A stretch of DNA of 64,000 bases from Chrysochromulina tobinii (lineage: Eukaryota). The stretch covers positions 1 to 64,000 of the forward strand of contig JWZX01003143.1 of the NCBI GenBank assembly GCA_001275005.1. The letters run 5' to 3'. Of the stretch, positions 1-10,894 are shown piece by piece. Every line of letters starts with the position of its first letter. The stretch's first letter is position 1. A program made the position numbers and the translations under genes. A model generated the notes under the pieces. It saw nothing but the letters and a program-made list of their open reading frames with translations, had not been told where the DNA came from and ran no database searches.

Positions 1-1080
1 AGCAGCGGCAGCACCGCGCCGTCCATTGTGTCGGTGCTGCCGGCGTCGTCGGTGTCACTTAACGATTACCTGTTCTTCTCGTCGAACATCATCATCGAGG
101 GCCCCACCGCCGGCTTCGACATTGTGTCGCCATGCACTGGCACGGCGCCGACCTTCGTCAACACGAATCCGCTCATCTTTGGGGGCTTCTACGAAACCTC
201 GAACAATACACTGGAGCTCCGCCCGTCGTGCACCTCGCCCGCATACAGCGCCATCGACGACGTGCCCGACACCTCCTTTTACTTAGCAGTGGGCTTCAAG
301 GGCGCCTTCGGCAACAATAACTGGCTCGCTGGCTGGTCGTACCTGAGCGGTCGCTTCACTACGGCCACAAACCCTGGCGGCGCGGCCTCGCCGTGCACTG
401 GCGGCGCCACATTCCTTGTCGCGCCGCCGCCCCCCCCGCCGCCGCCCTCGCCCTCGCCGCCCATCCCGGAGAACGCAGTGACGGAGCAGCAAGTCTCGTT
501 CCAAGTCACGCTCGGCATGACGCGGGACCAATTCGAGCTGGTCCCGGTCAGCACCGCGTACAAGAACACCGTGGCCGCCCGGGTCGGCGTGAGCGCGGAC
601 AAGGTGGCACTCGAGGTTGACGATTCTGTCGCCGGCCGTCGTCTTCAGTCAGCATCCTCCATCATCGTGACGAACAAAATCGTCGTCCCAGACGCTGCCT
701 CCGCCGCCACTGTCAGCAATTCCGTTCAGGCGATCGTGGCGGCCCCCCAGGCCTTCACGACCAGCCTCCAACAATCCAACCCCGCATTTGCGAGCGTGCA
801 GGTTTCGGGCATCACGGCGCCCGTGATCGCTACTATCCTTGTGCCGAATCAAATCTATGTACAGCCGGTGGCTCAGGAGCCCCAGAAAGTCTTCCCGGAT
901 TGGGGCATCGCCGTCTTCGTCATCCTGGCGGTCGTCCTGGGCAGCCTCTGCGCTCTCTTCTACTGGGTCGTGAGGCGCGAGCGCTCGGGCAAGCCTGTGT
1001 TCATGCAGCTCGACATTAAGAAAAGGCCAAGTAACCCCGCCGTTGACAAGGGCATCGAGCTCGAGTCGACCCAAGTGTGA
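1..1080 (+). CDS. 3' part of a single-pass membrane/surface protein (5' end outside window)
   Basis: Frame is open from base 1. It has a GFKGAFGNNNWLAGWSYL motif, a poly-Pro stalk, RRLQ, a hydrophobic TM (WGIAVFVILAVVLGSLCALFYWVV) and a short basic tail RRERSGKPVF. Confidence 0.75.
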   Translation, partial: SSGSTAPSIVSVLPASSVSLNDYLFFSSNIIIEGPTAGFDIVSPCTGTAPTFVNTNPLIFGGFYETSNNTLELRPSCTSPAYSAIDDVPDTSFYLAVGFKGAFGNNNWLAGWSYLSGRFTTATNPGGAASPCTGGATFLVAPPPPPPPPSPSPPIPENAVTEQQVSFQVTLGMTRDQFELVPVSTAYKNTVAARVGVSADKVALEVDDSVAGRRLQSASSIIVTNKIVVPDAASAATVSNSVQAIVAAPQAFTTSLQQSNPAFASVQVSGITAPVIATILVPNQIYVQPVAQEPQKVFPDWGIAVFVILAVVLGSLCALFYWVVRRERSGKPVFMQLDIKKRPSNPAVDKGIELESTQV

Positions 1081-1102
1081 TCAGGCTCGCAAAGGGGACG
1101 GC

Positions 1103-1160
1103 CCTCAAGAAAGCGGCCTTAAGAAAGCGGCTCAAGAAAGCCGCCCCAAGAAGGCCGGCG
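1103..1160 (+). repeat. Degenerate tandem repeat (caagaaagcggc-like, about 4 copies) just after the stop codon
   Basis: ctcaagaaagcggcc ttaagaaagcggc tcaagaaagccgcc ccaagaaggccggc. Confidence 0.6.
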
Positions 1161-1655
1161 CGGTCTAGATCGGCAAGACCGCTGAGAGATCATGAGGGAT
1201 GGGCTCGGGTCCGAGGCGGTCCAACGGCCGCCTACTCGGGAGGCATTGTCCCAGGGAGGGGGAGGGGGTGCTGGTTGCCCTTCCGGGGGGGAAGTCCCAG
1301 GGGGAGGGGAGGTTGGTTGGGGGGCTGGTGGTTGCGGCACGAGAGCCCGTGAGCTCCAACCGAAGGGACGGGTGGGAAGGGGACACGTGCGCCTATGGGA
1401 TTCGGCCGTCGGCATCAAGAGAACACGAGCCAAGCCCAACCTCTCGAATGATGGAACCCGTGAAGACGCACCGACGGATGCACAGTGTGATGGTCGCTGT
1501 CTGTGCGCGACACGGTGACTGTGTCTGCTGGATGCGGGTGTCTAACAAGTTATTTATATTCTCACTTCGACGCAGTGCCCACGGCCCTCGTGCGCTGCGC
1601 GTTGTGTGTTTCACAGCAGCAGCAGCAGCCCACGGCGACGCTCATCGTCGCCGCG

Positions 1656-3041
1656 ATGCTGCGAGCGGGCAGGCTACTGCTCGATAGCCGGCGGCGCTGG
1701 CTGTCGAGCAGCAGCAGAGCACCGCTGCTGCCGCGCTGGGGCTCCTTCGGCAAGACATCAGCGCAGCTCTCGGATCTCGTCGAGCGGATAACTGAGGACG
1801 GTGCACGACAGTCGGCCATCCAACGCGAGCTTGCCGAGGTGGGGCTGAAGGTGAGCGCGATGGTCATGCGGCCCGTCCAGTGGTTCGGCGACCCGGAGTG
1901 GCGAACTGGCTGGATCGAGACGGCTAGAGAGCCGCTCGACCGATACTCACGAGTCAATGACAGGCTGCTCGACGGCTGCGAGGAGGCCTACTCTGCAATT
2001 GCGAGCGAGTTCCACGCAGAGAATCCGGACTTCCAGCGGTTTGTCGAGAGCGGTGCGCTCGAGCCGGAGCTCGCCACTTTCCTCGAGGAGGCGCTTGCCA
2101 AGTATGCCGCCGCTGGTCGCCGCCCGATGATCGAGTTTGGCCGCTGCAACGGGCAGGTGTTGCTGATCGACTCGACGACATGGGACGGAGGCTTCGTCGC
2201 GACGGTCGTCTTTCGCAGCCGCGAGGCGCGCGACATCGCGCCCGTGCAGAGCGCTGGCGCCAGCGCGAGCGTCGTGGACGACGGTGCGGCTGCGGGCGGT
2301 GAGGCGGCCACGAGCGCCGTCTCGAGCGCGGTAGCAGCAGACGGCGCGACAGCCATCGGCGAGGTCGCAGCAGTGGAGGCGGCAGCAGCCACTGCGTGCA
2401 GTGACGGTGCGCGGGCTGACGGCGCGGCTTCCCCCGCAGACGCCGACCCCCCCCCCGCGAGGCCGAGTGCCGACGGCACGGGCGCCACCGCGGGCGGCCC
2501 AGGGCAGTCGACACACGCTTTCGAGGAGACAGTGCAGCTGTGGACCTTCACAGCGGACCACCCGAGCTTAAGCGCCTATATGCAGTGGCTGCGCAGCAAA
2601 CTCGCCACCGATCTGGGGGAGGAGGCGTACGAGCTAGTCGAGCCGCCGGTGCGCTGGACGCTGCGCGACATCAACTTTGTGCTCCATGCGTATCATTCGC
2701 CCGAGGTGCCCAAGGACGCGCGCGAGGCTGTGAATGAGATGCTCATGCGCACTGCGAGTACAATTGGTATGGGTCTGATCTCGCTGTACGTCATGTACCG
2801 CCTCTATACACGTGAGCGACCGCCGCCGGCGAGGGTGCCGCCGCCGCTCGCCTCGCGCCCAGGGTCGTTCCTCGATGGACCGCAGCAGGCACCAGCTGCG
2901 CAGCCGTCGCCAATGCTAGGCATGGGTGCGGGCAGCTCGGCGCGGCGCGCCTCCATGGGACCTCCTGGCGGCCGCCCTGCTGCATCGCTGGCCACTAACC
3001 AGTGGGGCGACCCGCTCGAGGTGGAGCAAGCGGAGCGCTGA
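1656..3041 (+). CDS. Putative mitochondrial protein with Tim44-like domain and C-terminal TM
   Basis: ATG 1656 gives an Arg/Ser-rich presequence (MLRAGRLLLDSRRRWLSSSSR). VATVVFRSRE...VQLWTFTA...WTLRDIN resembles the Tim44/MRPL45 fold, interrupted by an Ala-rich insert. Confidence 0.5.
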   Translation: MLRAGRLLLDSRRRWLSSSSRAPLLPRWGSFGKTSAQLSDLVERITEDGARQSAIQRELAEVGLKVSAMVMRPVQWFGDPEWRTGWIETAREPLDRYSRVNDRLLDGCEEAYSAIASEFHAENPDFQRFVESGALEPELATFLEEALAKYAAAGRRPMIEFGRCNGQVLLIDSTTWDGGFVATVVFRSREARDIAPVQSAGASASVVDDGAAAGGEAATSAVSSAVAADGATAIGEVAAVEAAAATACSDGARADGAASPADADPPPARPSADGTGATAGGPGQSTHAFEETVQLWTFTADHPSLSAYMQWLRSKLATDLGEEAYELVEPPVRWTLRDINFVLHAYHSPEVPKDAREAVNEMLMRTASTIGMGLISLYVMYRLYTRERPPPARVPPPLASRPGSFLDGPQQAPAAQPSPMLGMGAGSSARRASMGPPGGRPAASLATNQWGDPLEVEQAER

Positions 3042-3810
3042 CTGAGCAGCACCAACCCCGCTGAGTCTGCAGCCTCTGCTCCGCACGATGCTGCGGCCAC
3101 CGAAGGCGCGCCCTCTGGGGTGTCGTTTTAGGCCGCGGAGTATGAGCGAGCGCTTCCTGGCTGCGGCTTCGCCGCGCGCTCGACAATGTTGATTCGAATC
3201 GCTTGTATTGCGGTCGAGTGGGTGCGTATGTGCGACCGCGCGGTGACTGGTGTGGCGCTGCCGGCAGGCCCCCGGCGCGAGCGGCGGCCGCCGGGGCCGC
3301 GATGGTTGCGTCGCGGCCGCCGCGGGGCTGCCGGCCCGGCAGAGCTGAGAGAGCCGTCCGGTGACGTCTGACGATACACGCGCGAGTGAGGCGTGCTGTA
3401 GAACTACGCTGTACAGCCGTAGGGGTCCGGTCCGTTGCGGATGGACGAGCATCGGCGATCGGGCACAGATTCGAGAGAGCGCTCGAGATTGTGATTGAGA
3501 TTCAGGGAGGTCAGATCTTGGACCCACAACGCAACGCGGTAATATTATACCGACCGAACCGCGGTTCTGCCCGCTGAAGTGACGTGATCGTGACGAGATC
3601 GAGAAACGCACCTGAACCAGAACCGGAGAGCGGAGTGCGGAGAAGATATCGCCGGCTCGCCTCACCCAAGATCGGTCACCACATTCCACATGAGCACAGG
3701 CACGCAACAATCATGTCCGGTTGTCGCTCGTCGCGGCCCGTGTGTACACGCGCTTACTCAGCTGGTTGGGACCGTTCTCAAGCGGCGTCTCCGACTCCGT
3801 TCGATTGAGA

Positions 3811-4894
3811 CTATCTGTCGTGAAGCGCGGCTTGTGCGGCGTTTCGAGCCCTCGCATTTCGTCGGCGTGTCTCTTGTGCTCGCGCTCGGCGTAGCTCTCG
3901 CAGCTCATCCTCTCGCATGGTCCCTGGCCGTCGGATTGGACTCGAAGAGATCCTCATCGGAGCTCGAAGCTCGGGGGAATTCTCGTCCGAGCTCGGAGGA
4001 AATCTCGTTGGAGCAGGCATCCTCATCCGAGCAGGCGGCCTTACGCCATGGAACGAGGCCGTTTCTGGCGACCAGGCGTCCTTGTCCTGGACACTGTCAG
4101 AGAAAGAGTCGTCATCGAGCGGCTGCCACGACGCCTCACCACTCCCCTCGCCTTCATAATACCACCAACCGCTGCCGTCGGGCAGCTGGACTCGAGGTGG
4201 AGCGTCAGGCTCTCGTGCCATCAATGGCGGCGCGGCGGATTTCGAAAGTGCAGCAGGATCAAAGAAAGACTTTGGCTCGTCGACAGCGGCCCACGCCCGT
4301 CTCGGTGCCCCTGCCATCGACTGTGTGAACCCGCCAGAGGAGCTGCTGCTGCTGTGAGTCCGACATGCGCCATCTGCGCTTCTTTCGAAAGCCCCCCGGG
4401 CGCGATGCGCATGGAGAGCGCGGATACGTCGCATCTCGTCCGGGGCAATCTGCCCGGTTCGTAGTTCAATTGCTAGTGCGCGCGTCTCGTTTGCTGCTCT
4501 GGGCCGGCGCAACGGTGGTGGCGGTGAGTTTGCGGACCAACCTCGAGCCTGCGCAAGCGCACCTGCGCCCGTCGATGATGGCCCGACCTGCACCTCACCA
4601 CCGACCGGTAAACGTATGTAGACACGCCGATCGACGAGCGGTGCAGCTGCCGTCGCGCCGAGAAAGTCTTGATAGGACCACTTGATAGGTCCGCGATGGT
4701 CGCAGCGCCGCCTGGTGGCGCACCATCTCCTTTTGCCATTCGGAAACCGCGGGTACATCGGACGGCAGCGGCGTTGGCGAGGCGGCGCGACGCGAGCGCT
4801 GCGCACGCTTCGTAGCATATACGAGCATCCACTGGGGCGACTCGGAGCGCTTGGGCTCTGAGTACTGGCCCGAGTTCACCGCTGCATCTTCCAT
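3811..4894 (-). CDS. Possible hypothetical protein; exon structure unresolved
   Basis: Overlapping minus-strand ORFs 4595-4912 and 3811-4818, with a WW-like segment (WWYYEGEGSGEASWQP). No recognisable family. Confidence 0.25.
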
Positions 4895-5280
4895 CCTGGC
4901 ACACGGCCTCATGCGGCATGGGCTCGCTGTGAACGTTCACACGACACACGCGTCAACCGGTGCTACGTCGAAGTGTGCCATGGTGAAGAGTACGTGATCA
5001 TATTGAAAGGGAATCTAGTTAACGGTATCGCAACTATAAGAAACTCTGAAAAAACTCGTTCCTAATTTGTAACGTAGTTCCTTACGTAGTTCTCGCGTTG
5101 TGCGCTTGGACCAGCCATGGAAGTCACGCTCGCCGTGGCCTCGCTAGTGGTGCCAGGGCAGATATCGCATCTTTGGCGGGAACGGGGAAGAGCTGGGAAG
5201 CGGCCCCAACCAGCCGCTGCTGCTGCGGCGATGCTCGCATCGAACACCTCGAACCATACCGTGCACGCCACGTTGATATT

Positions 5281-7854
5281 TCACGCCTTCGGCTGACCGG
5301 CGACGCACCACACGCCTGCGATGCTCGCCTGGGCGCGCCGCATCGCCGCTTCGTGCACTGCCTGCGGCATGGGCCTCGCGACGGACGTACCACCGCATGC
5401 GGGCACCGCTCGCTGCACGGGTGACGGCGCCCGAGCAATAGTGTGGCGCCGGCACAGAATGGCTCGTGCGGCCATCTCCGCGGATGCTGACGAGGCTGGA
5501 GCTCCCACAGGCGAAGACGTAATTAACGTAATTGACGTAATTGACGAGGCTGGAGCTCCCACAGGCGAAGACGTAATTGACGTAATTGACGAGGCTGGAG
5601 CTCCCACAGGCGAAGACAGCGTGGGCGAGGGCTTCCCAGTCGGCGCGGCGGATGATGGGCGGCGACGAGTGACTGGCCGTTGGCTGCACTCGAGAGTCGG
5701 CGAGGTCGGCTGCTGCGCCTCGCGCTGCTGCCGCCGCTGCAGTTGCCATTCACGCAGATGCTGGCGCGTCTGGTCCTGCTGCTCATGCAGCCTTCGCAGC
5801 CGATCCTCCTCCTGCAATGACAGCGGCGGCGGCATCGGCGGTGGCGGCAGCGGTTGCGCGCATGGTGGCGGTGGGGGCTGCCAAAGAAGAAGCGCCGTAT
5901 CGAGCGGTTTCGTTCGGGACGGCGCCGTGCTGAGCGCCGTGCTGAGCGCCGTGCTGAGCGCCGTGCTGAGCGGTTTCGTTCGGGACGGCGGCGGCGGCGG
6001 CGGCGGCGGCGGCTGCGGGAGCTTCATCCGCTGCTTGCACTGGCTCTCGAGCGCCTCACGCCGAGCCCGCACGGCGGCGAGCTCGCGCTGCTGCTGGACC
6101 AGCGTGGCTTGCAGCGCAGCAGTTGCATGCGCAGTACTCAATGGGTACTGGGGCTCTCGATGGATCGACACCGGCTCCAGATCGGCACGAGATCGGCTCC
6201 AGATAGGCTCCAGATCGGCGCGGCGCCTCCGGTCGGTTCGCGGAGCCAATTCGAGCTCCTGATCGGCACGGCGCCTCAGGTCGGCGCTCGGGACAGCGCC
6301 GTGCTGAGCGCCGTGCTGAGCGCCATGGTCTCTTGGCGTCCGGCGCGTCGCGGACGACGATCGGGCGCTCTGGGAGGAGGATGCTCTCGTCGAGGATGCG
6401 CTCGTCCATCGTGGCTGCCCGTGGGTGATCGGGACGCAAGCTCGCTTGCCTGCTGCCTTGTCTGAGGGCTTGCCTGTGGCCTTGTCTGTGGCCTTGTCTG
6501 CTGCCTTTGCTGCGGGCTTGTCCGTGGGTCCCGTCTCGTCTGATACGACCGCCGCGTCCACATGCGCTAATTTGCCCGCTAAAGTGACCGCATTCGTCTC
6601 GGTGGTTGGGCTCGGAGCCGCCGATGCCGCGTGGCACGTTTGTGGCGACGTCGCATTCCCAGCTCGCATCGCCGCCGCCCGCATCGCCTCCCCGGCGGTC
6701 ATCGCCTCCATGGCTGCCTCCCCGGCCCTTCGACGCCCCCGAGCCTCTCGTGCCATCCGTAGTATCAGACCGTAACGTCGACGAACGCACCGGCCACGCC
6801 AGAGGCACTGGAGGCTCGTGGCCGCGCTCTCGGCGAGCTTCCGCGCCGCCGCGTCGGCCATCGCCGCGGCCTGAGCGGCCAGGGCGGCCCGTCGCTCGGC
6901 TGCCACGATGGCGCGTCGCGCTGCCACGAGCACCCGAGCACCCCGTCGGCGCGCGGCTGCTTGCACTTGAGTCGCCGATCGCAGCGCACGGCGCAGTGCG
7001 GCACGCGGCGCCTGTGCCCTCGCAGCGCTCTGCAGCACAATGGCGGCGCGCTTGGTGGCCGGGCATGGGCGCAGGTGCGGCGCACTCACGAGCGGCGCGC
7101 GCGCGCGCCGCGCTGGCGTGGCAGCGGGTGAAGGCAGGTGGAGAGAGATTCGTCCGGAAGCGATCTCGTCCCGGAGATCATCGCACAGCGCCATCACCTC
7201 ACGCTCGAGCTCAGCTATCGGCTGCGCCTCGTCGGCCGACGGACTGCCCAGGTCGGCAGCGCTCCATCCGTCACGCACGCCAACAGCGGGCGGCAGGCAG
7301 CGGCGGAGAAGGCTCTCTGCTTGCGCGAGCGCTCCTGCGTGCTCGAGATGGAGTTCGCGATCGTTCTCCTGTGAACACGCACCCTCCAGCCGCTCCAAAG
7401 CCTGCTGCGCATCGGCCCAGCCCTCGCGCAACAGCGGCAGGCTGTCGTTCGTCTTACTGCGCGCGCGCGCACGCTCTGCGGCCTTGCCCCGCAGCATCTT
7501 GGGCAGCAGCTGCAGCTGCTCCAGCGTGGCGGAGCTCATTCGCATCGACCGCAGAGCAAGTCGGCCCTCGCTGACTACGGACTCCACGAACTTGACGAGG
7601 TCTCGCAGGTCGCTGCCGAGCGCGCGGTAGCTGCGTTCCAGCGCCGCAAAGGTGGAGTGGCGCTCGGCGACTCGCTCGCATGCGAATTTCAGGCGAGCAG
7701 CCAACTGAGCGGCCGAGGCGGCTGCGAGAGCCGCAGTATCCGCCGCCGCGAGCGCCGCAGTGTACGTTGGTAGCTTGGGCTTCGGGCGATGGCGAGCTGG
7801 ATCGAAGACATCCAAATCCTCCGTGCAAGAGCGCTCCTCAACGCTGCCCCGCAT
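5281..7854 (-). CDS. IQ-motif / coiled-coil low-complexity protein
   Basis: 857-aa ORF with IQ-like motifs (AIVLQSAARAQ, ATQVQAAARRRGAR, ATSLQCLWRGRCVRR), coiled-coil stretches and a Pro-rich tail with internal repeats. Confidence 0.65.
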   Translation of the reverse strand: MRGSVEERSCTEDLDVFDPARHRPKPKLPTYTAALAAADTAALAAASAAQLAARLKFACERVAERHSTFAALERSYRALGSDLRDLVKFVESVVSEGRLALRSMRMSSATLEQLQLLPKMLRGKAAERARARSKTNDSLPLLREGWADAQQALERLEGACSQENDRELHLEHAGALAQAESLLRRCLPPAVGVRDGWSAADLGSPSADEAQPIAELEREVMALCDDLRDEIASGRISLHLPSPAATPARRARAPLVSAPHLRPCPATKRAAIVLQSAARAQAPRAALRRALRSATQVQAAARRRGARVLVAARRAIVAAERRAALAAQAAAMADAAARKLAESAATSLQCLWRGRCVRRRYGLILRMAREARGRRRAGEAAMEAMTAGEAMRAAAMRAGNATSPQTCHAASAAPSPTTETNAVTLAGKLAHVDAAVVSDETGPTDKPAAKAADKATDKATGKPSDKAAGKRACVPITHGQPRWTSASSTRASSSQSARSSSATRRTPRDHGAQHGAQHGAVPSADLRRRADQELELAPRTDRRRRADLEPIWSRSRADLEPVSIHREPQYPLSTAHATAALQATLVQQQRELAAVRARREALESQCKQRMKLPQPPPPPPPPPSRTKPLSTALSTALSTALSTAPSRTKPLDTALLLWQPPPPPCAQPLPPPPMPPPLSLQEEDRLRRLHEQQDQTRQHLREWQLQRRQQREAQQPTSPTLECSQRPVTRRRPSSAAPTGKPSPTLSSPVGAPASSITSITSSPVGAPASSITSITLITSSPVGAPASSASAEMAARAILCRRHTIARAPSPVQRAVPACGGTSVARPMPQAVHEAAMRRAQASIAGVWCVAGQPKA
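5489..5618. repeat. Three copies of a 30-nt unit separated by gtaattgac micro-repeats
   Basis: gacgaggctggagctcccacaggcgaagac x3, encoding SSPVGAPASS repeats on the minus strand. Confidence 0.85.
5902..5990. repeat. 23-bp direct repeat flanking 4x 12-mer cgccgtgctgag
   Basis: gagcggtttcgttcgggacggcg at 5902 and 5968, with 12-mer copies at 5923-5970. Confidence 0.85.
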
Positions 7855-8057
7855 GGAGAGCCCAAACCGAGCGCAAGGTCGCTGTGAATGGAGCGGAGAG
7901 TCGAACTGTCAAGTCCACTGCTAGCCTCGAGAGTACATTCGATCAGGCTTCATGTATTTAGGTTTACGGTTGAGTTCGACTTGAGAACAATGAAAAACAA
8001 CTTCACGGAGTTCGACCTGGCGGCCGCGCCGACTCTCGCAGCGACCGCCAACTAACT

Positions 8058-9428
8058 ATGAGGGAGACAAGGCAGGTCTCGAGCACGCCACGAGCGGCCT
8101 CTTACGTCATCCTGGCCACTGGCGTATCTTTTTGGCTCGGCTCGCTGCGGCGGCCGGCTATGCCAGCGCATCTGCTCAATGATGCGATCGTGCTCAAAGA
8201 TCTGATCGATGAGCCCACCTTCCACGAGCTTCGGGCGCTCGTGCGAACGCTGGGCGCGGACGGCTACGCGCTCAACACCAATGATCTCAAGGCGTACACC
8301 ACCGAGCACGAGCATATCGGCGAGGCCGTCCCGATGCCCTCCGATGGCAAGTGTGCAGACGTGTTCATGGTGCCTTCGGTCAATAGGACGCACTGCATCC
8401 TACCCGGCCGAATCGACATTGGTCGGCACTACGTGACGACTGGTGGCATCGAGGGCCTGCGGGAGGGCGCACAGGCGCTCACTTCGCGCGCCCTCTCGTT
8501 TGGGCGGTACATGTTCGATCTGTCCGAGCAGCCGATCGTCGCGCAGCTCTTCGGGAGCGAGCGCTTCCTGGTGGCGGCGCGCAGCATCTGCCCAGCCAGC
8601 AAGCCGCATCTGGCGCCGTTCCAGTACAACTTCATCCTGCAGGTACCGGGCCAGACTGTCCCGATGCACGTCGATGGGGTCTACTTTTGGGGCGCGACTC
8701 GATTCGAGTTCCCACAGTGGCTCCTTGCGGTGATGCACTTCTCGGGCGCCTTCCGCGAACGCTTCGTTCACCAGGTGCAGGTGGTGGGCTATTTGCACGC
8801 GCGCTATGAGCCGAGCAGCGCGGGCGAGTTCCTCTGGTGGGGACCCGGGGGCGTGCACCGCACCGCCCCCCAGCCTCGCTCGGGCACAGTAGTGGACGGA
8901 TCGAGAACGGTGCATGCGGCGGCAACCTACCGGCCAGAGGCAGGCCCGCCGCCTATAGATAAGGACCTGGAGACGACTCTGGTGCACGTTGGAGAGGGGC
9001 GCTGGGAGCTGCGCGCCGAGGACCGCACCGTGCGTGCGTACGTGGAGGACGATCTTCGAATCTCCATCGTCTACCGCGCGCACTGCTTCACGGACGCAGA
9101 CGAGGCAGCTATGTACCACGCCACCCTGCCCTTGAAGCCGGCAAGCCATGCGCGCGCCGCGGACGGGCGACAGCCGCCCGAGCCGCCCGAGGGCCTGAGG
9201 CGTCTCTCGCTCGACGACGTGATGGCAACGTTGAGGGCCGACCTCGCCAGCCGCAACAGGCCGATGCCGGCCCGCCTCACGCCATATGAGATTGCGATGC
9301 GGCTGCTGCGCGAGTACATTCGCTACCCGCCGCCGCCCGATGCGTGGCTCCCGTTCAACTACTGCGCGCTCGGTGGTTTCATGCCTCGGCTGAAGCCGGC
9401 ATTGCGATGGGTGTGCGCCACGGTTTGA
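8058..9428 (+). CDS. Putative 2-oxoglutarate/Fe(II)-dependent oxygenase with N-terminal signal/anchor
   Basis: HxD motif (GQTVPMHVDG), GEF-containing strand, distal His (VDGSRTVHAA) and downstream RISIVYR; hydrophobic N-terminus. Confidence 0.6.
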   Translation: MRETRQVSSTPRAASYVILATGVSFWLGSLRRPAMPAHLLNDAIVLKDLIDEPTFHELRALVRTLGADGYALNTNDLKAYTTEHEHIGEAVPMPSDGKCADVFMVPSVNRTHCILPGRIDIGRHYVTTGGIEGLREGAQALTSRALSFGRYMFDLSEQPIVAQLFGSERFLVAARSICPASKPHLAPFQYNFILQVPGQTVPMHVDGVYFWGATRFEFPQWLLAVMHFSGAFRERFVHQVQVVGYLHARYEPSSAGEFLWWGPGGVHRTAPQPRSGTVVDGSRTVHAAATYRPEAGPPPIDKDLETTLVHVGEGRWELRAEDRTVRAYVEDDLRISIVYRAHCFTDADEAAMYHATLPLKPASHARAADGRQPPEPPEGLRRLSLDDVMATLRADLASRNRPMPARLTPYEIAMRLLREYIRYPPPPDAWLPFNYCALGGFMPRLKPALRWVCATV

Positions 9429-9738
9429 GCGATGAATGATCGATCCCCGTCAGTCTCCCCACAGAGTTAACGCACAGAGTCCAGTTCTCAAAGAGTAGTG
9501 AATGTCAGAGCGGTAAATAAAATCCTGAAGCGGCAAAGTCAGAGACCGAGGCGGCGCGGCGGCACGCGTGCACGGCTGACCGCGCGTTCGTGTTTTCAAC
9601 GAGCAGCAGCAGCTGACCCATGCCGCCGACTATTAAGGACTAACGGCCTGTGTTAGGCCTGTGTATAAGAAGGGACGCTGTGTCGGTCACACCTTCGTCC
9701 ATAGCGATAGAGGCCCTTGTGCTTGGGGGCCCGGAGGT

Positions 9739-10632
9739 ATGCGCGTTGTGTTGAACAGCAGCACGTCCTTCGCGAAGGAATCTTCGCACATTTCGTTCAT
9801 GGAGACCATGAAGCTCGAAGGCCTGTGTTCGCAGACGGAGGCATGGCTCTTCTACTACGGCTGGTCGCGTGTGTACGATCGCATGCAGCCGTTCTTCACG
9901 TCCAACGAGATGCGCGAGGCAGGCCTCGACCTCGCGAATCTCAACGGCCCGCTCAAGATTCTTGACGTCGGCGCGGGCACCGGCACGCTCAGCCTGCAGG
10001 TCGCCAAGCGCTGCGGTGCGGAGCGGCTCACCCTGCTCGATCAGAGCGCGCAGATGCTCAACCAGGCAAAGGCGAAGCTGCCGCTCGCGCCATGCGAATT
10101 CGTGCTGTCGGACGCGCAGACGCTTCCGTTCGATGACGATTCATTCGACCGTGTCGTCTCGTCGGGCTCCTTTTACTACTTCCCCGATCCAGTCGCAGCG
10201 CTTCGCGAGCAGCTGCGCGTCGTGCGGCCGGGCGGTTGCGTGCTCGTCATGGGCTCGCTCCAGCCGAAGCCTCTCTTCATCCGCTTCTTCGCGCAGATGT
10301 TCAACCGCTTCCCGACCGAGGAGCAGTACCACGCGTGGTTCGCGGAGGCGGGCCTGACGGATGTGAAGGCGATCCACGTGTCCAATCCGTGGAACGCCAA
10401 ACAGTACGCGATCGCCATCTGCGGCGTCAAGGCGCCCGGCACTGCCAACCCGCCGCGCAACCTGCCGCTGCCCGACACGCCCACCACGCGGCTGCACCGA
10501 CTCGCAAAGCTCCCTCTGGTGCTCGCGCGCTTCGGGCTGGCGCTCGGTGCGTTCTTCGTCATCGGCCCGCTGCAGGTGGCCACTGCCGCGATCGGCATGC
10601 ACCGTCTGAAGGCCGCGCAGGCCACCAGCTGA
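9739..10632 (+). CDS. MPBQ/MSBQ methyltransferase-like (VTE3 family) class I SAM methyltransferase
   Basis: TEAWLFYYGWSRVYD, ILDVGAGTG, LLDQSAQML, LPFDDDSFDRVVSSGS and FPTEEQYHAWFAEAG parallel VTE3-family motifs; C-terminal TM. Start is 9739 or 9799. Confidence 0.75.
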   Translation: MRVVLNSSTSFAKESSHISFMETMKLEGLCSQTEAWLFYYGWSRVYDRMQPFFTSNEMREAGLDLANLNGPLKILDVGAGTGTLSLQVAKRCGAERLTLLDQSAQMLNQAKAKLPLAPCEFVLSDAQTLPFDDDSFDRVVSSGSFYYFPDPVAALREQLRVVRPGGCVLVMGSLQPKPLFIRFFAQMFNRFPTEEQYHAWFAEAGLTDVKAIHVSNPWNAKQYAIAICGVKAPGTANPPRNLPLPDTPTTRLHRLAKLPLVLARFGLALGAFFVIGPLQVATAAIGMHRLKAAQATS

Positions 10633-10894
10633 TGCGTGAGTAGCCCCTCGAGTCGCTCTCGAGCATGCAATTGCATGTACAGTACGCTGGAATGACAGGT
10701 ACCCTCTTGATAGTGTTGCAGCGCATGTCGGGGTGGCATTACTGGCTTACTGACTGCCGCGCGCCCCTTTTCGAGATTGCCGAGGAATCCTACCGGTACG
10801 GGTTTTCCAACTTGACGCAACTGAAGACTCTAGGTCTTACAAAAAGCCGACAAGTTTGCCGCCCTTGAGTGAGTGAGGGGTGTGGCACGATAAG

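Noticed and set aside
1250..1335. G-rich tract with G-quadruplex potential
   Set aside because: Expected in GC-rich intergenic DNA, with no evidence of function.
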